A stretch of 64,000 bases of DNA from NCBI GenBank assembly GCA_965203355.1, contig OZ241889.1, positions 1,664,001-1,728,000 on the forward strand. The letters are read 5' to 3'. This DNA comes from Candidatus Latescibacterota bacterium (GTDB lineage Bacteria; Latescibacterota; UBA2968; UBA8231). Made by a program: the position numbers and the translations under genes. The notes beneath the pieces were generated by a model, which saw only the letters and a program-made list of their open reading frames with translations, ran no database searches and was not told the DNA's origin. This document shows, piece by piece, positions 1 through 9,671 of the stretch (the first letter of the stretch is position 1; every line of letters begins with the position of its first letter).

Positions 1-1161
1 CTTGGTGTCGAGGGTATCCCACGGGTCGTCCTCGGTCTGCTTCATGCCGAGCGAGATCTTCTGGCTTTCGCTGTCGATCTTGAGCACCTTCACCTCGACG
101 ATGTCGCCGATGTCGACCAGTTTGGAAGGGTGGCGCACGTGCTGGGTCCAGGACATCTCAGAGATGTGGACTAGGCCCTCAATGCCTTCCTCCAACTCGA
201 CGAAGGCACCGTAGTCGGTGATGGAGACCACCTTGCCGCGCACTTGGCTCTCGAGCGGGTACTTATTCTCGATGTTCTCCCACGGATGGGCGGTCAGTTG
301 CTTCAGCCCCAAGGAGATGCGCTCGCGATTGCGGTCGTAGCTGAGCACTTTGACCTTGATGCGGTCGCCGATGTTGACCAACTCCGAGGGGTGGGTGACG
401 CGCCCCCACGACATGTCGGTGATGTGGAGCAGGCCATCGACGCCGCCTAAGTCGATGAAAGCGCCGAAGTCGGTGATGTTCTTGACGACGCCCTCGCGGA
501 CTTGGTCTTCTTCCAGCACCTTGACGATTTCCTCGCGCATCCGCGCGCGCTCTTCTTCTAGCACGGCGCGGCGCGAGACGACGATGTTGCGGCGCGCCTT
601 GTTGAGCTTGATGATCTTAAAGGGAAACTGGTGGCCTATGAACTGGTCGAAGTTTTTGACTTGGCGGATGTCGATCTGCGAGCCGGGCAAGAAAGCCTCG
701 ACGCCAAAGAGACTGACGACGATGCCGCCCTTGATGCGCCGCATCAATCGGCCCTCGACGGTGTTGCCCGTGTCGTGGGCATCCTTGATCAAATCCCAGA
801 CCCGCATGAAGTCGGCCTTTTGCTTGGAGAGCACGACTTGGCCCTCTTGGTCTTCGATGTCCTCCAAGAAGACTTCGATCTCTTGGCCTTCCTCAATGGA
901 GTCGTCGGAAAACTCCCTGATCGACACCGCGCCTTCGGACTTGAAGCCGATGTCGACTATCACTTCACTGGGGCCGATGGAGACGATCGTGCCCTTGACG
1001 ATCTGACCCTCTTTGATGCCGGAGATGCTCTCCTCATAGAGGGCCATAAGTTCGTCGTGTTGGGCCTGATCGTATTCGGGCTTTTCCAACTCTTCGACGC
1101 TGACGTTGCCGTACACAGGAGTTTCCTGCGGCTCGGCTGTCACTGTGGTTTCTTCGGTCAT
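1..1161 (-). CDS. rpsA: 30S ribosomal protein S1 (runs off window start)
   Basis: Manual translation from ATG at 1161 (MTEETT...EGQIVKG...) gives repeated S1 motifs ([41 protein letters not shown]). Lies downstream of cmk. Confidence 0.95.
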   Translation of the reverse strand, partial: MTEETTVTAEPQETPVYGNVSVEELEKPEYDQAQHDELMALYEESISGIKEGQIVKGTIVSIGPSEVIVDIGFKSEGAVSIREFSDDSIEEGQEIEVFLEDIEDQEGQVVLSKQKADFMRVWDLIKDAHDTGNTVEGRLMRRIKGGIVVSLFGVEAFLPGSQIDIRQVKNFDQFIGHQFPFKIIKLNKARRNIVVSRRAVLEEERARMREEIVKVLEEDQVREGVVKNITDFGAFIDLGGVDGLLHITDMSWGRVTHPSELVNIGDRIKVKVLSYDRNRERISLGLKQLTAHPWENIENKYPLESQVRGKVVSITDYGAFVELEEGIEGLVHISEMSWTQHVRHPSKLVDIGDIVEVKVLKIDSESQKISLGMKQTEDDPWDTLDTK

Positions 1162-1246
1162 GTTGCGCAGATCCTCAAAAAGGTTAAGGCGAAGCGTGCG
1201 CTTCGCGTAGTGTGATACTGGCGCGGGCTTTCCGCACCAGCGTTGG

Positions 1247-1918
1247 CTAGGCTCCGCGTTGGCGGGCTAATGCGACGACGCAATCGACTTGGTCTGCCAA
1301 AGCCATGCGAGTCGTGTCGATTTCGACGATCTCGTCTGCCGCGCTCGTCCCGCCGTAGTCGCGCTCGGCGTCTTGCCGGTCGCGAGTTTGGATGTCGGAG
1401 CGGACTTGTTCCAATGTCATACACACTCCTTTGGCGGTCAACTCCCGATGCCGCCGCCGAGTGCGCTCATCGAGGTCGGCGACCAAGGCGATTTTTAGCT
1501 CGGCGCGGGGAAAGACCACCGCGGCGATGTCGCGCCCTTCGGCGACTATCCCGCCTTCCCGACCCAACTGCCGCTGCTGGGCGACTAGGGCGTGTCGCAC
1601 CAAGGGCACGTTTGCATAGGCCCCGGCTCGGCGGGTGATGTCGGGCTGGCGAATGGCCTCGCTTATGTCCTGTCCGTCGAGCAGGATGCGCCCTCGGCCA
1701 GAGTCCAAGTCTAGGGTCGCGGTCGCCAATAGGGCCTCCAGCGCGTCCTCGTCCTCGGGTGCCACCCCGCGACGGGTCGCCGCTAAGGTCACGGCTCGGT
1801 ACATGGCTCCAGTGTCGAGGTGGCGATAGCCCAACCGCTCGGCCACCCGTCGCGCCGTAGTGGTCTTGCCGGTGCCGACCGGGCCGTCGATGGCGATGAC
1901 TAGCCCGCGCCGCTTCAC
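1247..1918 (-). CDS. cmk: cytidylate kinase
   Basis: IAIDGPVGTGKTT P-loop, LDTGAMYRA, EGRDI, RDRQD. GTG start overlaps the rluB stop (GTGA). Confidence 0.95.
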   Translation of the reverse strand: MKRRGLVIAIDGPVGTGKTTTARRVAERLGYRHLDTGAMYRAVTLAATRRGVAPEDEDALEALLATATLDLDSGRGRILLDGQDISEAIRQPDITRRAGAYANVPLVRHALVAQQRQLGREGGIVAEGRDIAAVVFPRAELKIALVADLDERTRRRHRELTAKGVCMTLEQVRSDIQTRDRQDAERDYGGTSAADEIVEIDTTRMALADQVDCVVALARQRGA

Positions 1919-2643
1919 AAGCCGACCTCGGCTTTGAGCTGGCGGACCTCCTCGGGACTGAGCCGACGGTGTTGGCCGGCCGCGAGCGGGCCGAGCGTCA
2001 GCCCGGCGAATTCGACCCGCGTCAATTGCCGCACCGGATAGCCAACGGCGCGGAGCATGCGGCGCACTTGGCGTTTGCGCCCCTCGTGAATGCACAGGCT
2101 CAGCCGCGCCTGCTTGGTCCAACCGCTACGCCAGCGCGCCTCGACTTGCACCTGAGCCGGTGCTGTGGGGCCGTCGCCGAGCGCGATGCCGGTGCGCAGC
2201 CGGTCGAGTTGGTCCTCGTGCGGGTCGCCGCTGACGATGGCCTCGTAGCGCTTGGCGACGACAAAGCGCGGGTGCAGCAGCCGATGGCCGAGGGCCCCGT
2301 CATCGGTCAGCAGCAAAAGCCCGGTGGTGTCGAGGTCGAGACGACCGACGGGCACGGTGCCTGGGTGGAGGCCGGGCAAAAGGTCGAAGACCGTGGGCCG
2401 GTCGCCCGGGTCGCTGCGCGTGACTAGATAGCCGGTCGGCTTGTGCAAAATCACGTATTCGTACTGGCCGGGCAGGGCGAGAACCCGGCCACCGCACTCG
2501 ACCTGATCGACGCCCACGGCGACGACTCGGCCCGGCTCGGCGACTATTTCGCCGTTGACGCACACGGCTCCGCTTTGGATCAGCGCGTCGCTGTGGCGGC
2601 GCGAGGCCACCCCGCAGCGAGCCAAGAAGCGATTGAGGCGCAT
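1915..2643 (-). CDS. rluB: rRNA pseudouridine synthase, RluB/RsuA family
   Basis: MRLNRFLARCGVASRR S4 domain, GRLD catalytic motif, EGRKRQVRRM. Alternative TTG start at 2664. Confidence 0.9.
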   Translation of the reverse strand: MRLNRFLARCGVASRRHSDALIQSGAVCVNGEIVAEPGRVVAVGVDQVECGGRVLALPGQYEYVILHKPTGYLVTRSDPGDRPTVFDLLPGLHPGTVPVGRLDLDTTGLLLLTDDGALGHRLLHPRFVVAKRYEAIVSGDPHEDQLDRLRTGIALGDGPTAPAQVQVEARWRSGWTKQARLSLCIHEGRKRQVRRMLRAVGYPVRQLTRVEFAGLTLGPLAAGQHRRLSPEEVRQLKAEVGL

Positions 2644-2650
2644 TTGCGGC

Positions 2651-3307
2651 TCAGGAGCGTTCAATTTCGCCCCCTTCCTCGGCCTGCTTTTGCAACTCGT
2701 CCAGTTCGGAGGCGAGTTGGCGGGCCGTCGTTGGCTGCCGCCCGTCGGCGAGGAGCTCGGCCAATTCCTTGGGCTTGGGCAACTCGCCCAGCCCGCGCAG
2801 CCCAAAGTGAACTAAAAATTCTCGAGTCGTGCCAAAGAGCATGGGCTTGCCAATGCCCTCGGAGCGGCCCGTGAGGCGGACCATGTTGAGTTCCATTAGC
2901 GTTTGCAACACGCTGGCCGAGCTAACGCCGCGGATGTTGTCGATCTCGACGCGCGTTACCGGCTGCTTAAAGGCGACGATGGCGAGGACTTCGAGGCCGG
3001 CCGCCGTAAGGCGCACTTGGCGCGAGGTCTTGTGGTATTTGCGCAGCCAGGGCCCGTGTTCTTGGCGCGAGGCGAGTTGATAACCGCCGGCCAATTCGAC
3101 GACTTCGATTCCGTGCCCGGCCGCTTCGTACTGGGCGTTGAGCGCGTCGATGGCCTCGCGGATATCGCGGCCGTTGTACCCGGCGAGCAGCTCGACGAGG
3201 CGGCCCGGGGTTGTCGGCTCGGTTGCCGTCAGCAGAATGGCCTCGATGATCGCCCGCGCCCGCTCGGGGTTGACGTCGCGCGAGGCCGCTGTGGGTTCAT
3301 GGCTCAC
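2651..3307 (-). CDS. scpB: SMC-Scp complex subunit ScpB
   Basis: IIEAILL, LEVLAIVAFKQPVTRVEIDNIRGV, GKPMLFGTTREFL. GTG start overlaps the scpA stop. Confidence 0.93.
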   Translation of the reverse strand: MSHEPTAASRDVNPERARAIIEAILLTATEPTTPGRLVELLAGYNGRDIREAIDALNAQYEAAGHGIEVVELAGGYQLASRQEHGPWLRKYHKTSRQVRLTAAGLEVLAIVAFKQPVTRVEIDNIRGVSSASVLQTLMELNMVRLTGRSEGIGKPMLFGTTREFLVHFGLRGLGELPKPKELAELLADGRQPTTARQLASELDELQKQAEEGGEIERS

Positions 3308-4068
3308 GGGGCTGAATAGGTGGGTTGGGGTGGCGATTGCTCGATCCAGATCTCGTCGAAGGGCCGCGCCTGCTGTACGCGGACGCGCTGCGTCTTGAGC
3401 AGTTCTAGGATCCCCACGAAAGTGGCGATTAGGGCTTGGCGATCGCGGCCTTGGAGCAAGTCCATAAAGTTGATGCGCGCGTTGCGCTCGAGCACGGCCA
3501 ACAGGTAGTTGACGCACTCGGCGACCGAGACTTCTTCTTCGACGATTTGGTGGACCAAGTTTTCGGGCACCGTGTCGAGTACGTGCTTGTACACGACCAA
3601 TAAGTCGAAGAGCGATACGGGCTGGAGTTGGGCCGACTCCTCGACGCTGTCGCCCGGCCCTTGGCGGCGCAGGTACACGTCGCGCCGCTCGTCTTTGCGC
3701 AGGCCCAGCCAGTCGGCAATGTCCTTAAACTGCTGGTACTCTAGCAGGCGGCGGATCAACTCGGCCTGTGGGTCTTCTTCGCCGTCGCCGTCGAGGCCGA
3801 GTTCCTCGCGGGGCAGCATCATCTGCGACTTAATCCGCAGCAGCGTGGCGGCCATGAGGATGAAGTCGCTGGCCTGTTCGAGGTCGAGTTGGTGGATGTG
3901 TTGCAAGAAGCCCAAGTACTGGGTGGTGATGTGGGCGATGGGAATGTCGTAAATGTCCAACTCGTCTTTGCGGATCAGATAGAGCAAAAGGTCCATCGGA
4001 CCTTCGAAGACGTCGAGCTTGACTTCGTAGAGAGCGGTTTCTTCCCGTTCAGTTGCGTCGCGTTCCAT
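3304..4068 (-). CDS. scpA: segregation/condensation kleisin ScpA
   Basis: FEGPMDLLLYLI, DFILMAATLLRIKSQMMLP, FVGILELLK. Confidence 0.95.
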   Translation of the reverse strand: MERDATEREETALYEVKLDVFEGPMDLLLYLIRKDELDIYDIPIAHITTQYLGFLQHIHQLDLEQASDFILMAATLLRIKSQMMLPREELGLDGDGEEDPQAELIRRLLEYQQFKDIADWLGLRKDERRDVYLRRQGPGDSVEESAQLQPVSLFDLLVVYKHVLDTVPENLVHQIVEEEVSVAECVNYLLAVLERNARINFMDLLQGRDRQALIATFVGILELLKTQRVRVQQARPFDEIWIEQSPPQPTYSAP

Positions 4069-4081
4069 GAGAGCGCCTGCT

Positions 4082-4597
4082 TTAGTCGATAAAAAGGTAC
4101 GGTTTCCAGCGCTGATCGTTGATGCCGACGAAATTGCGGATGAAGCTCGCGTTGTTGGGGCGCTTGGGTTTGCTGCGCAGCGCGAGGCCGACCTGCTCGG
4201 GCCGGTGTTCGCCTTTTTTGTTGTTGCACAGGGCGCAGGCGCAGACGAGGTTTTCCCAAGTCCCTTGGCCTCCTTTGGTGCGCGGCACAATGTGATCGAC
4301 CGTTAGCTTGCCTTCTTTGCTGCCGCAGTACTGGCACTGGTGATTGTCGCGTTTGAGGATGTTGCGCTTGGAAAGCACGACCCGCCGGCGCGGCGCCCGG
4401 ATGTAGCGCCCGAGGCGGACGACGCTGGGCACCGGATACTCTTGGGAGACCGAATGAATCACCTCGTTCATTTTTTCGACCGCTTCGGCCTTGCCGCGCA
4501 AAATAAGCAGCAAGGCCCGGCGGACGCTGCACACGCTTAGCGGCTCGTAGTTTTGATTGAGGACCAGTACGGTTCTTTCCAGCAAGAGTCTATCCAC
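4082..4597 (-). CDS. HNH endonuclease (McrA-like, Zn-binding)
   Basis: LVLNQNYEPL N-terminus, RD-CQYCG, TVDHIVP, WENLVCACALCNNKKG. Confidence 0.9.
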   Translation of the reverse strand: MDRLLLERTVLVLNQNYEPLSVCSVRRALLLILRGKAEAVEKMNEVIHSVSQEYPVPSVVRLGRYIRAPRRRVVLSKRNILKRDNHQCQYCGSKEGKLTVDHIVPRTKGGQGTWENLVCACALCNNKKGEHRPEQVGLALRSKPKRPNNASFIRNFVGINDQRWKPYLFID

Positions 4598-4729
4598 GAT
4601 GTAGAGCTGATTAAATCTAAGCTACTTTTGGCATGTTCCAACCCTTGGGATTGGATTGATTATCCAGTTTCCCATGATACAATGCACATCGCTTATAAAA
4701 AAGCGCATTTAGAATGAACAAATGCAAGT

Positions 4730-5122
4730 TCAGTGGTTGGCGATCAGGTCGGCGTATTCTTGGGCACTGAGTAAGTCCTGCAAGTCCTCAGAGTCGTCGA
4801 TGCGGATCTTGAGCAGCCAACCGCCGCCGTAAGGGTCTCCGTTGATTTGTTCGGCCTCTTCCGCGAGGCTGTCGTTGACTTCTAGCACCTCGCCGGAAGC
4901 CGGAGCGATCAGGTCGGCGACGGTCTTAACCGCCTCAAGGGTGCCAAAGGTATCGCCTCGTTTGAGGTGATCGCCCACTTCGGGCAACTCGGCGAATACG
5001 ATGTCGCCCAACTCGGTTTGCGCGAAATCCGTGATGCCGATGGTGGCGATGTTGCTTTCTAGCTGAAGCCATTCGTGGCTTTCCGAGTAGATCAAGTGGT
5101 TGGGGATCTGAGTCTGGCTCAT
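4730..5122 (-). CDS. gcvH: glycine cleavage system H protein
   Basis: HEW, GITDFAQTELGDIVF, EAVK lipoyl lysine, PYGGGWL. Confidence 0.95.
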   Translation of the reverse strand: MSQTQIPNHLIYSESHEWLQLESNIATIGITDFAQTELGDIVFAELPEVGDHLKRGDTFGTLEAVKTVADLIAPASGEVLEVNDSLAEEAEQINGDPYGGGWLLKIRIDDSEDLQDLLSAQEYADLIANH

Positions 5123-5150
5123 AATTGCCTCTCGTGCTTGCTTAAGACGA

Positions 5151-6488
5151 TCACTTCGAGTTGGCTACGTAGTTGGTGTCGAACTGCCCGGCGATAAAGT
5201 CGGGTTCGGTGAGTAGGGTTCGGTGAAAGGGCAAGGTGGTAGCCACGCCTTCTATTGTGCATTCGCTTAAGACGCGACGCATCCGCGCTATGGCATCTTG
5301 GCGGTCGGAGCCGTAGGCGATGATTTTGGCCAGCAGGGAATCGTAGTACGGAGGAATCTCGTAGCCTTGGTAGATGTGGCTGTCGATGCGGACGCCGGGG
5401 CCACCCGGCAGGTGGAGGACTTCGATGATGCCCGAAGAAGGGATGAAGTTGCGTGCGGGATCTTCGGCGTTGATCCGGCATTCAATGGCGTGCCCGGTGA
5501 GTTGGATGTCGGCTTGGCTAAAGCGGAGAGACCCGCCGGCCGCGATGCGAATCTGTTCCCGGACTAAGTCGCTGTTGGTGACCATCTCGGTAACCGGGTG
5601 TTCGACTTGGATGCGGGTATTCATTTCCATGAAGTAGAAGTTGTGGTCTGAATCGACGAGGAGTTCAATGGTGCCCGCGCTGTAGTAGCCGACCGCGGCC
5701 GCACCGGCCAGAGCGGCCGAACCGAGCCGCTGCCGCAAGTCGGGGTCGACTATGGGTGAGGGGCTTTCTTCGAGGAGCTTTTGGTGCCGCCGCTGAATGG
5801 AACACTCGCGCTCGCCGAGGTGGACGAGGTTGCCGTGCTGATCGCCGAGAACTTGGATTTCGATGTGGCGCGCCGCTTCGATGGAGCGCTCCATGTACAC
5901 GGCGTCGCTGGTAAAGGCGGTGCGCGCTTCGCGGCGCGCCATCTGCCAGGCTTCTTCCAATTCATCCATGGCACGCACGACCCGCATCCCGCGCCCACCG
6001 CCGCCAGCCGCGGCCTTGAGGCGCAACGGGAAGCCGACCTTTTCCGCCCATTGACGGGCGTCGTCTAGCGAGTCGAGTGCGCCCTCGCTGCCCGGCACGA
6101 CGGGTACGCCGGCCTCCTGCATGGTGTGGCGGGCGACGGCCTTGTCGCCCATTTTGCGGATGGCCGCCGTGGGCGGGCCGATGAACTGGATGCCGCAATC
6201 GGCGCAGATTTCGGCGAAGTCGGCGTTTTCAGCCAAAGGGCCATAGCCGGGGTGGATCGCGTCGGCATTGGTCAGTTGGGCGGCGCTGATGATATTGACG
6301 ATGTTGCGGTAGCTGTCCTTGCCAGCCGCTGGCCCGATGCAGACGTCCTCGTCGGCAAAAGATATGTGCAAGGAGCGGGTGTCGGCTTGGGAGTGGACGG
6401 CCACCGTCGCGATGCCCATTTCCTTGCAGGCGCGGATGACGCGCAGCGCGATTTCGCCGCGGTCGGCAATGAGGATTTTCTCGAACAC
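5151..6488 (-). CDS. accC: acetyl-CoA carboxylase biotin carboxylase
   Basis: [49 protein letters not shown]. Confidence 0.96.
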   Translation of the reverse strand: MFEKILIADRGEIALRVIRACKEMGIATVAVHSQADTRSLHISFADEDVCIGPAAGKDSYRNIVNIISAAQLTNADAIHPGYGPLAENADFAEICADCGIQFIGPPTAAIRKMGDKAVARHTMQEAGVPVVPGSEGALDSLDDARQWAEKVGFPLRLKAAAGGGGRGMRVVRAMDELEEAWQMARREARTAFTSDAVYMERSIEAARHIEIQVLGDQHGNLVHLGERECSIQRRHQKLLEESPSPIVDPDLRQRLGSAALAGAAAVGYYSAGTIELLVDSDHNFYFMEMNTRIQVEHPVTEMVTNSDLVREQIRIAAGGSLRFSQADIQLTGHAIECRINAEDPARNFIPSSGIIEVLHLPGGPGVRIDSHIYQGYEIPPYYDSLLAKIIAYGSDRQDAIARMRRVLSECTIEGVATTLPFHRTLLTEPDFIAGQFDTNYVANSK

Positions 6489-6494
6489 AGCCTC

Positions 6495-6950
6495 TTAGTC
6501 AGGTCGAATTTTGAACAGCACTTGGTTGTATTCAACGGGTTGGGCGTCGCCGACGCGGATTTCGACTATTTCGCCTTGGACATCCGCGGGAATCTCATTC
6601 ATGATCTTCATGGCCTCGATGATGCAGAGGGTCTGGCCGCTTTCGATGCGATCGCCCTCGCGCACAAAGGGATCGGCCTCGGGCGCGGCCGCCCGGTAAA
6701 ACGTGCCGACCATGGGCGATAGCACCTCGTGGAGGCCGTCGTCGGTCTTTTCGGCGGGTGCTGGGGCCGCAGGCTCAGGGGGCGCGGTGGACATGGGCGC
6801 AACGGGCATGGAGGGGGCCACCGGGGAGGGCGCACGACTGCGAGTTAAGCGAATGCGCGTACCGTGCCAGAAGCTGTGTTGAACCTCTATTTCTTCTAGA
6901 TCGCTATCGCGAAAAAGCACTAGCAATTTGCGGAGCTTGTCTTCGTTCAC
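6495..6950 (-). CDS. accB: biotin carboxyl carrier protein
   Basis: SPMVGTFYR, EAMKIMNEI biotinylation motif, Pro/Ala linker. Confidence 0.96.
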   Translation of the reverse strand: MNEDKLRKLLVLFRDSDLEEIEVQHSFWHGTRIRLTRSRAPSPVAPSMPVAPMSTAPPEPAAPAPAEKTDDGLHEVLSPMVGTFYRAAAPEADPFVREGDRIESGQTLCIIEAMKIMNEIPADVQGEIVEIRVGDAQPVEYNQVLFKIRPD

Positions 6951-6968
6951 AGGAGGTGTCGTCCTTTC

Positions 6969-7526
6969 TCAAACGCGCTCTACGTATTCGCCCGTGCGGG
7001 TATCGACCTTGAGCCGGTCGCCCTTGTTGATAAAGAGCGGCACTTGCACCACGTAGCCGGTTTCTAAGGTGGCTGGCTTGACCGCGCCCGTGGCGGTGTC
7101 GCCCTTGACGCCTGGTTCGGTGTGGGTGACGACAAGGGAGACGAAGTTGGGTAGTTCGACGGAGACGACCTCTTCGCCTGCTATGAGGAGAAAGGCGTTC
7201 TCGCTTTCTTTGAGGAGCGTGCTGGCTGTGCCGACGAGTGCCGCGGTCACCGGGAGTTGATCGTAGGTGTCCAAGTCCATGAAGTAGTACAGCCCTTGGT
7301 CGGAATATAGGTATTGCATCTGGCGCTTTTCGAGCCGGACTTGCTCGACCTTGTCGCCCGAGCGGAAGGTGCGGTCGAGCACGGCACCGGTCTTGGTGTT
7401 TTTGAGCTTGGTGCGCACGAAAGCACTGCCCTTGCCCGGTTTGACATGCTGAAATTCGACGATGGAGAAGAGCTCGCCATCGAGGGACATGGTAAAGCCG
7501 TTTCTGAAATCCGTGGTGTCTGCCAT
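6969..7526 (-). CDS. efp: elongation factor P
   Basis: HVKPGKG, PGVKGDT, VPLFI, DTRTGEYVER. Confidence 0.97.
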   Translation of the reverse strand: MADTTDFRNGFTMSLDGELFSIVEFQHVKPGKGSAFVRTKLKNTKTGAVLDRTFRSGDKVEQVRLEKRQMQYLYSDQGLYYFMDLDTYDQLPVTAALVGTASTLLKESENAFLLIAGEEVVSVELPNFVSLVVTHTEPGVKGDTATGAVKPATLETGYVVQVPLFINKGDRLKVDTRTGEYVERV

Positions 7527-7536
7527 AGCGCTCCCG

Positions 7537-9039
7537 TTAGTGTGGATTACTGCTTTGTTCTAGCGAAACTAGTTTGCTGCGGACGATGGTGTTGTTCGGC
7601 TCCTGCTCGAGCAGGTCGCGATACGTTTCGATCGCCTTCTGGGTCAAACCCTGCGTGGTATAGATCTCGGCCAGCGTCATGGTGGCAATGCGCTTGCTTT
7701 TTGGTGTGGTTGGCTTGCTGTCGGCCGGGGGGGGTGGCTCTTCTGGTGCGGTCGCAGGTTCGTCGGTTTCCTCCTCTTCGATTTCCTGCAAGAGGCGGAG
7801 CAGTTGGCGGTCGTCGGTGTCGTCGGGCGACTGCGTAGATTCGACCGGGGCTGCGCTATCGACGGCTGCGCCCTCTTCGGTTTTGGTGGTTTTGGGTGCA
7901 GGTTTGGTCGCGTTTTCGGTCGTAGGTTCGTCGGCTTCCTCCTCTTCGATTTCCTGCAAGAGGTGTAGCAGTTCGCGGTCGTCAGTGTCGTCGGGCGTCT
8001 GCGTAGATTCGACCGGGGCTGCGCTATCGGCGGCTGCGCCCTCTTCGGGTTCGGTGGTTTTGGGTGCGTTTTCGGTCGCAGGTTCGTCGGTTTCCTCCTC
8101 TTCGATTTCCTGCAAGAGGCGGAGCAGTTCGCGGTCGTCGGTGTCGTCGGGCGCCTGCGTGGATTCGACCGGGGCTGCGCTATCGGCGGCTGCGCCCTCT
8201 TCGGGTTCGGTGGTTTTGGGTGCAGGTTCGGTCGCAGGTTCGTCGGTTTCCTCTTCTTCGATTTCCTGCAATAGGTGGAGCAGTTGGCGGTCGTCGGTGT
8301 CGTCGGGCGCCTGCGTAGATTCGACCGGGATCGCGCTCTCGACGGCTGCACCCTCTTCGGTTTTGGTGGTGGTTTTGGATGCAGGTTTGGTCTCGGTTTC
8401 AGGTGCGATTTTGGGTGCGTTTTCGGTCGTAGGTTCGTCGGTTTCCTCCTCTTCGATTTCCTGCAATAGGTGGAGCAGTTGGCGGTCGTCGGTGTCGTCG
8501 GGCGCCTGCGTAGATTTGACCGGGATCGCGCTCTCGACGGCTGCGTCCTCTTCGGGTTCGGTGATGGTTTTGGGTGCGGTTTTGGTCGTAGGTTTGGTCG
8601 CAGGTTCGGGTGCAGTTTTGGTCGTGGGTGCGTTTTGGTGGGTTTGGCTGGCGAAGCGGTCGATCCGCTCGACTAGAGAGGGGTCGAAAGGGTCAAAATA
8701 CGCGGCTTGGCGCAGGTTTTGCAAGACCAGCGGCGCGTCGTTGAGTTGCTCAAAAAGATGGGCGAGGCGCTTGTACCCGCTGGGGTTTTCTGGGTCGATT
8801 CGCAGTGCTCGTCCCATGGCCTCGCGCGCTCCTTCTAAGTCCCCTCGTTTCTCATAGCACTTGCTAAGGACGATAAAGCCAGTGGCGTAGTCGGGAAAAC
8901 TCGCACAGCCCTTTTGGCACAGCTCGATGGCGTGCTCAATGCGTCCGCGCTTGAGATAGAGATCGGCGAGGCGAGCAAAGCGCGGGGAAGCCGGGTCGCG
9001 GCGGAATGCTTTTTCTAGTTTGGCTATGGAATCGGCCAT
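7537..9039 (-). CDS. TPR protein with acidic internal repeats
   Basis: N-terminal TPRs (FARLADLY...), five internal repeats, C-terminal TMTLAEIYTTQG TPR-like unit. Confidence 0.85.
   Translation of the reverse strand: MADSIAKLEKAFRRDPASPRFARLADLYLKRGRIEHAIELCQKGCASFPDYATGFIVLSKCYEKRGDLEGAREAMGRALRIDPENPSGYKRLAHLFEQLNDAPLVLQNLRQAAYFDPFDPSLVERIDRFASQTHQNAPTTKTAPEPATKPTTKTAPKTITEPEEDAAVESAIPVKSTQAPDDTDDRQLLHLLQEIEEEETDEPTTENAPKIAPETETKPASKTTTKTEEGAAVESAIPVESTQAPDDTDDRQLLHLLQEIEEEETDEPATEPAPKTTEPEEGAAADSAAPVESTQAPDDTDDRELLRLLQEIEEEETDEPATENAPKTTEPEEGAAADSAAPVESTQTPDDTDDRELLHLLQEIEEEEADEPTTENATKPAPKTTKTEEGAAVDSAAPVESTQSPDDTDDRQLLRLLQEIEEEETDEPATAPEEPPPPADSKPTTPKSKRIATMTLAEIYTTQGLTQKAIETYRDLLEQEPNNTIVRSKLVSLEQSSNPH
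7745..8635 (-). repeat. five imperfect coding tandem repeats (periods 168,156,156,195 bp) with nested ~12-bp units
   Basis: The core CAGTT(G/C)GCGG recurs at 7801, 7969, 8125, 8281 and 8476. It encodes ESTQAPDDTDDRxLLxLLQEIEEEETDEP. Confidence 0.95.
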
Positions 9040-9084
9040 GACAATTAGGGATGGAAGGTGCTAAGGCGGCTGAAACGAGAGGCT

Positions 9085-9113
9085 ATTTTATGCCTTGAAA
9101 TGCAAAATGTCAA
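9085..9113 (-). promoter_or_regulatory. sigma70-type promoter upstream of the TPR-efp-accBC-gcvH genes
   Basis: TTGACA-17 bp-TAAAAT on the minus strand. Confidence 0.7.
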
Positions 9114-9149
9114 GGATGGGGCCGGGCGATAGGAAGGCGCGAATTGACC

Positions 9150-9191
9150 GCCAAAGGGAGTGCGGATACAGCGTCCGCAAACCCCTTTGGC
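9150..9191 (-). terminator. hairpin 3' of tRNA-Lys
   Basis: GCCAAAGGG..TGCGGA / TCCGCA..CCCTTTGGC inverted repeat. No clear U-tract. Confidence 0.45.
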
Positions 9192-9196
9192 AAAGA

Positions 9197-9272
<76 letters not shown>

Positions 9273-9404
9273 AGAGAAAATATCTGTACGCGCGGGCTTA
9301 TCGTCAATGCCGCGCCAATGCCGGGAAGAGTTCGTGGTGGACGAAGTGGGCGGGATGGTGGCTGCCGGGGCGTATGTGCAAACAGGCCGTGTCTATGCCG
9401 CCGG

Positions 9405-9671
9405 TCAGCCAAGCGGTTCGACGGGAGCGGTCTCCATGGTGCGTAGGTACTCGCACAGGGCGCGACCGTCCAACGGCAGGTCGAGCACGTCGGAAAAGGG
9501 CCACATGTCCCCTGTGAGGAAGTCGATAGCCGTTTGCCGCTCTTGATTGCAATCTGCGGTCTGCATGTCTTTAACGGCTTGGATGATGACGGCGGCAGCG
9601 AGCCGCCGGTGGCCGTCAAACCGGGCGCGATAGGTCGTCTTTTTTGTCTTCATTTGCTTTCTGCTTTTCAT
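9405..9671 (-). CDS. small hypothetical protein, phage-like
   Basis: 88-aa ORF with an RRLAAAVIIQAVKD helix followed by AIDFL. The resemblance to small phage-associated hypotheticals is from recollection. Confidence 0.55.
   Translation of the reverse strand: MKSRKQMKTKKTTYRARFDGHRRLAAAVIIQAVKDMQTADCNQERQTAIDFLTGDMWPFSDVLDLPLDGRALCEYLRTMETAPVEPLG

Noticed and set aside
350-1215. Plus-strand ORFs of 194-218 aa
   Set aside because: Antisense shadows of rpsA.
7745-8635. Possible CRISPR array
   Set aside because: Units are 156-195 bp, in-frame and coding, with no unique spacers and no cas genes.
7679-8857. 392-aa plus-strand ORF and other overlapping ORFs in the repeat region
   Set aside because: Antisense or alternative-frame shadows of the repetitive TPR gene, with low-complexity Ser/Val translation.
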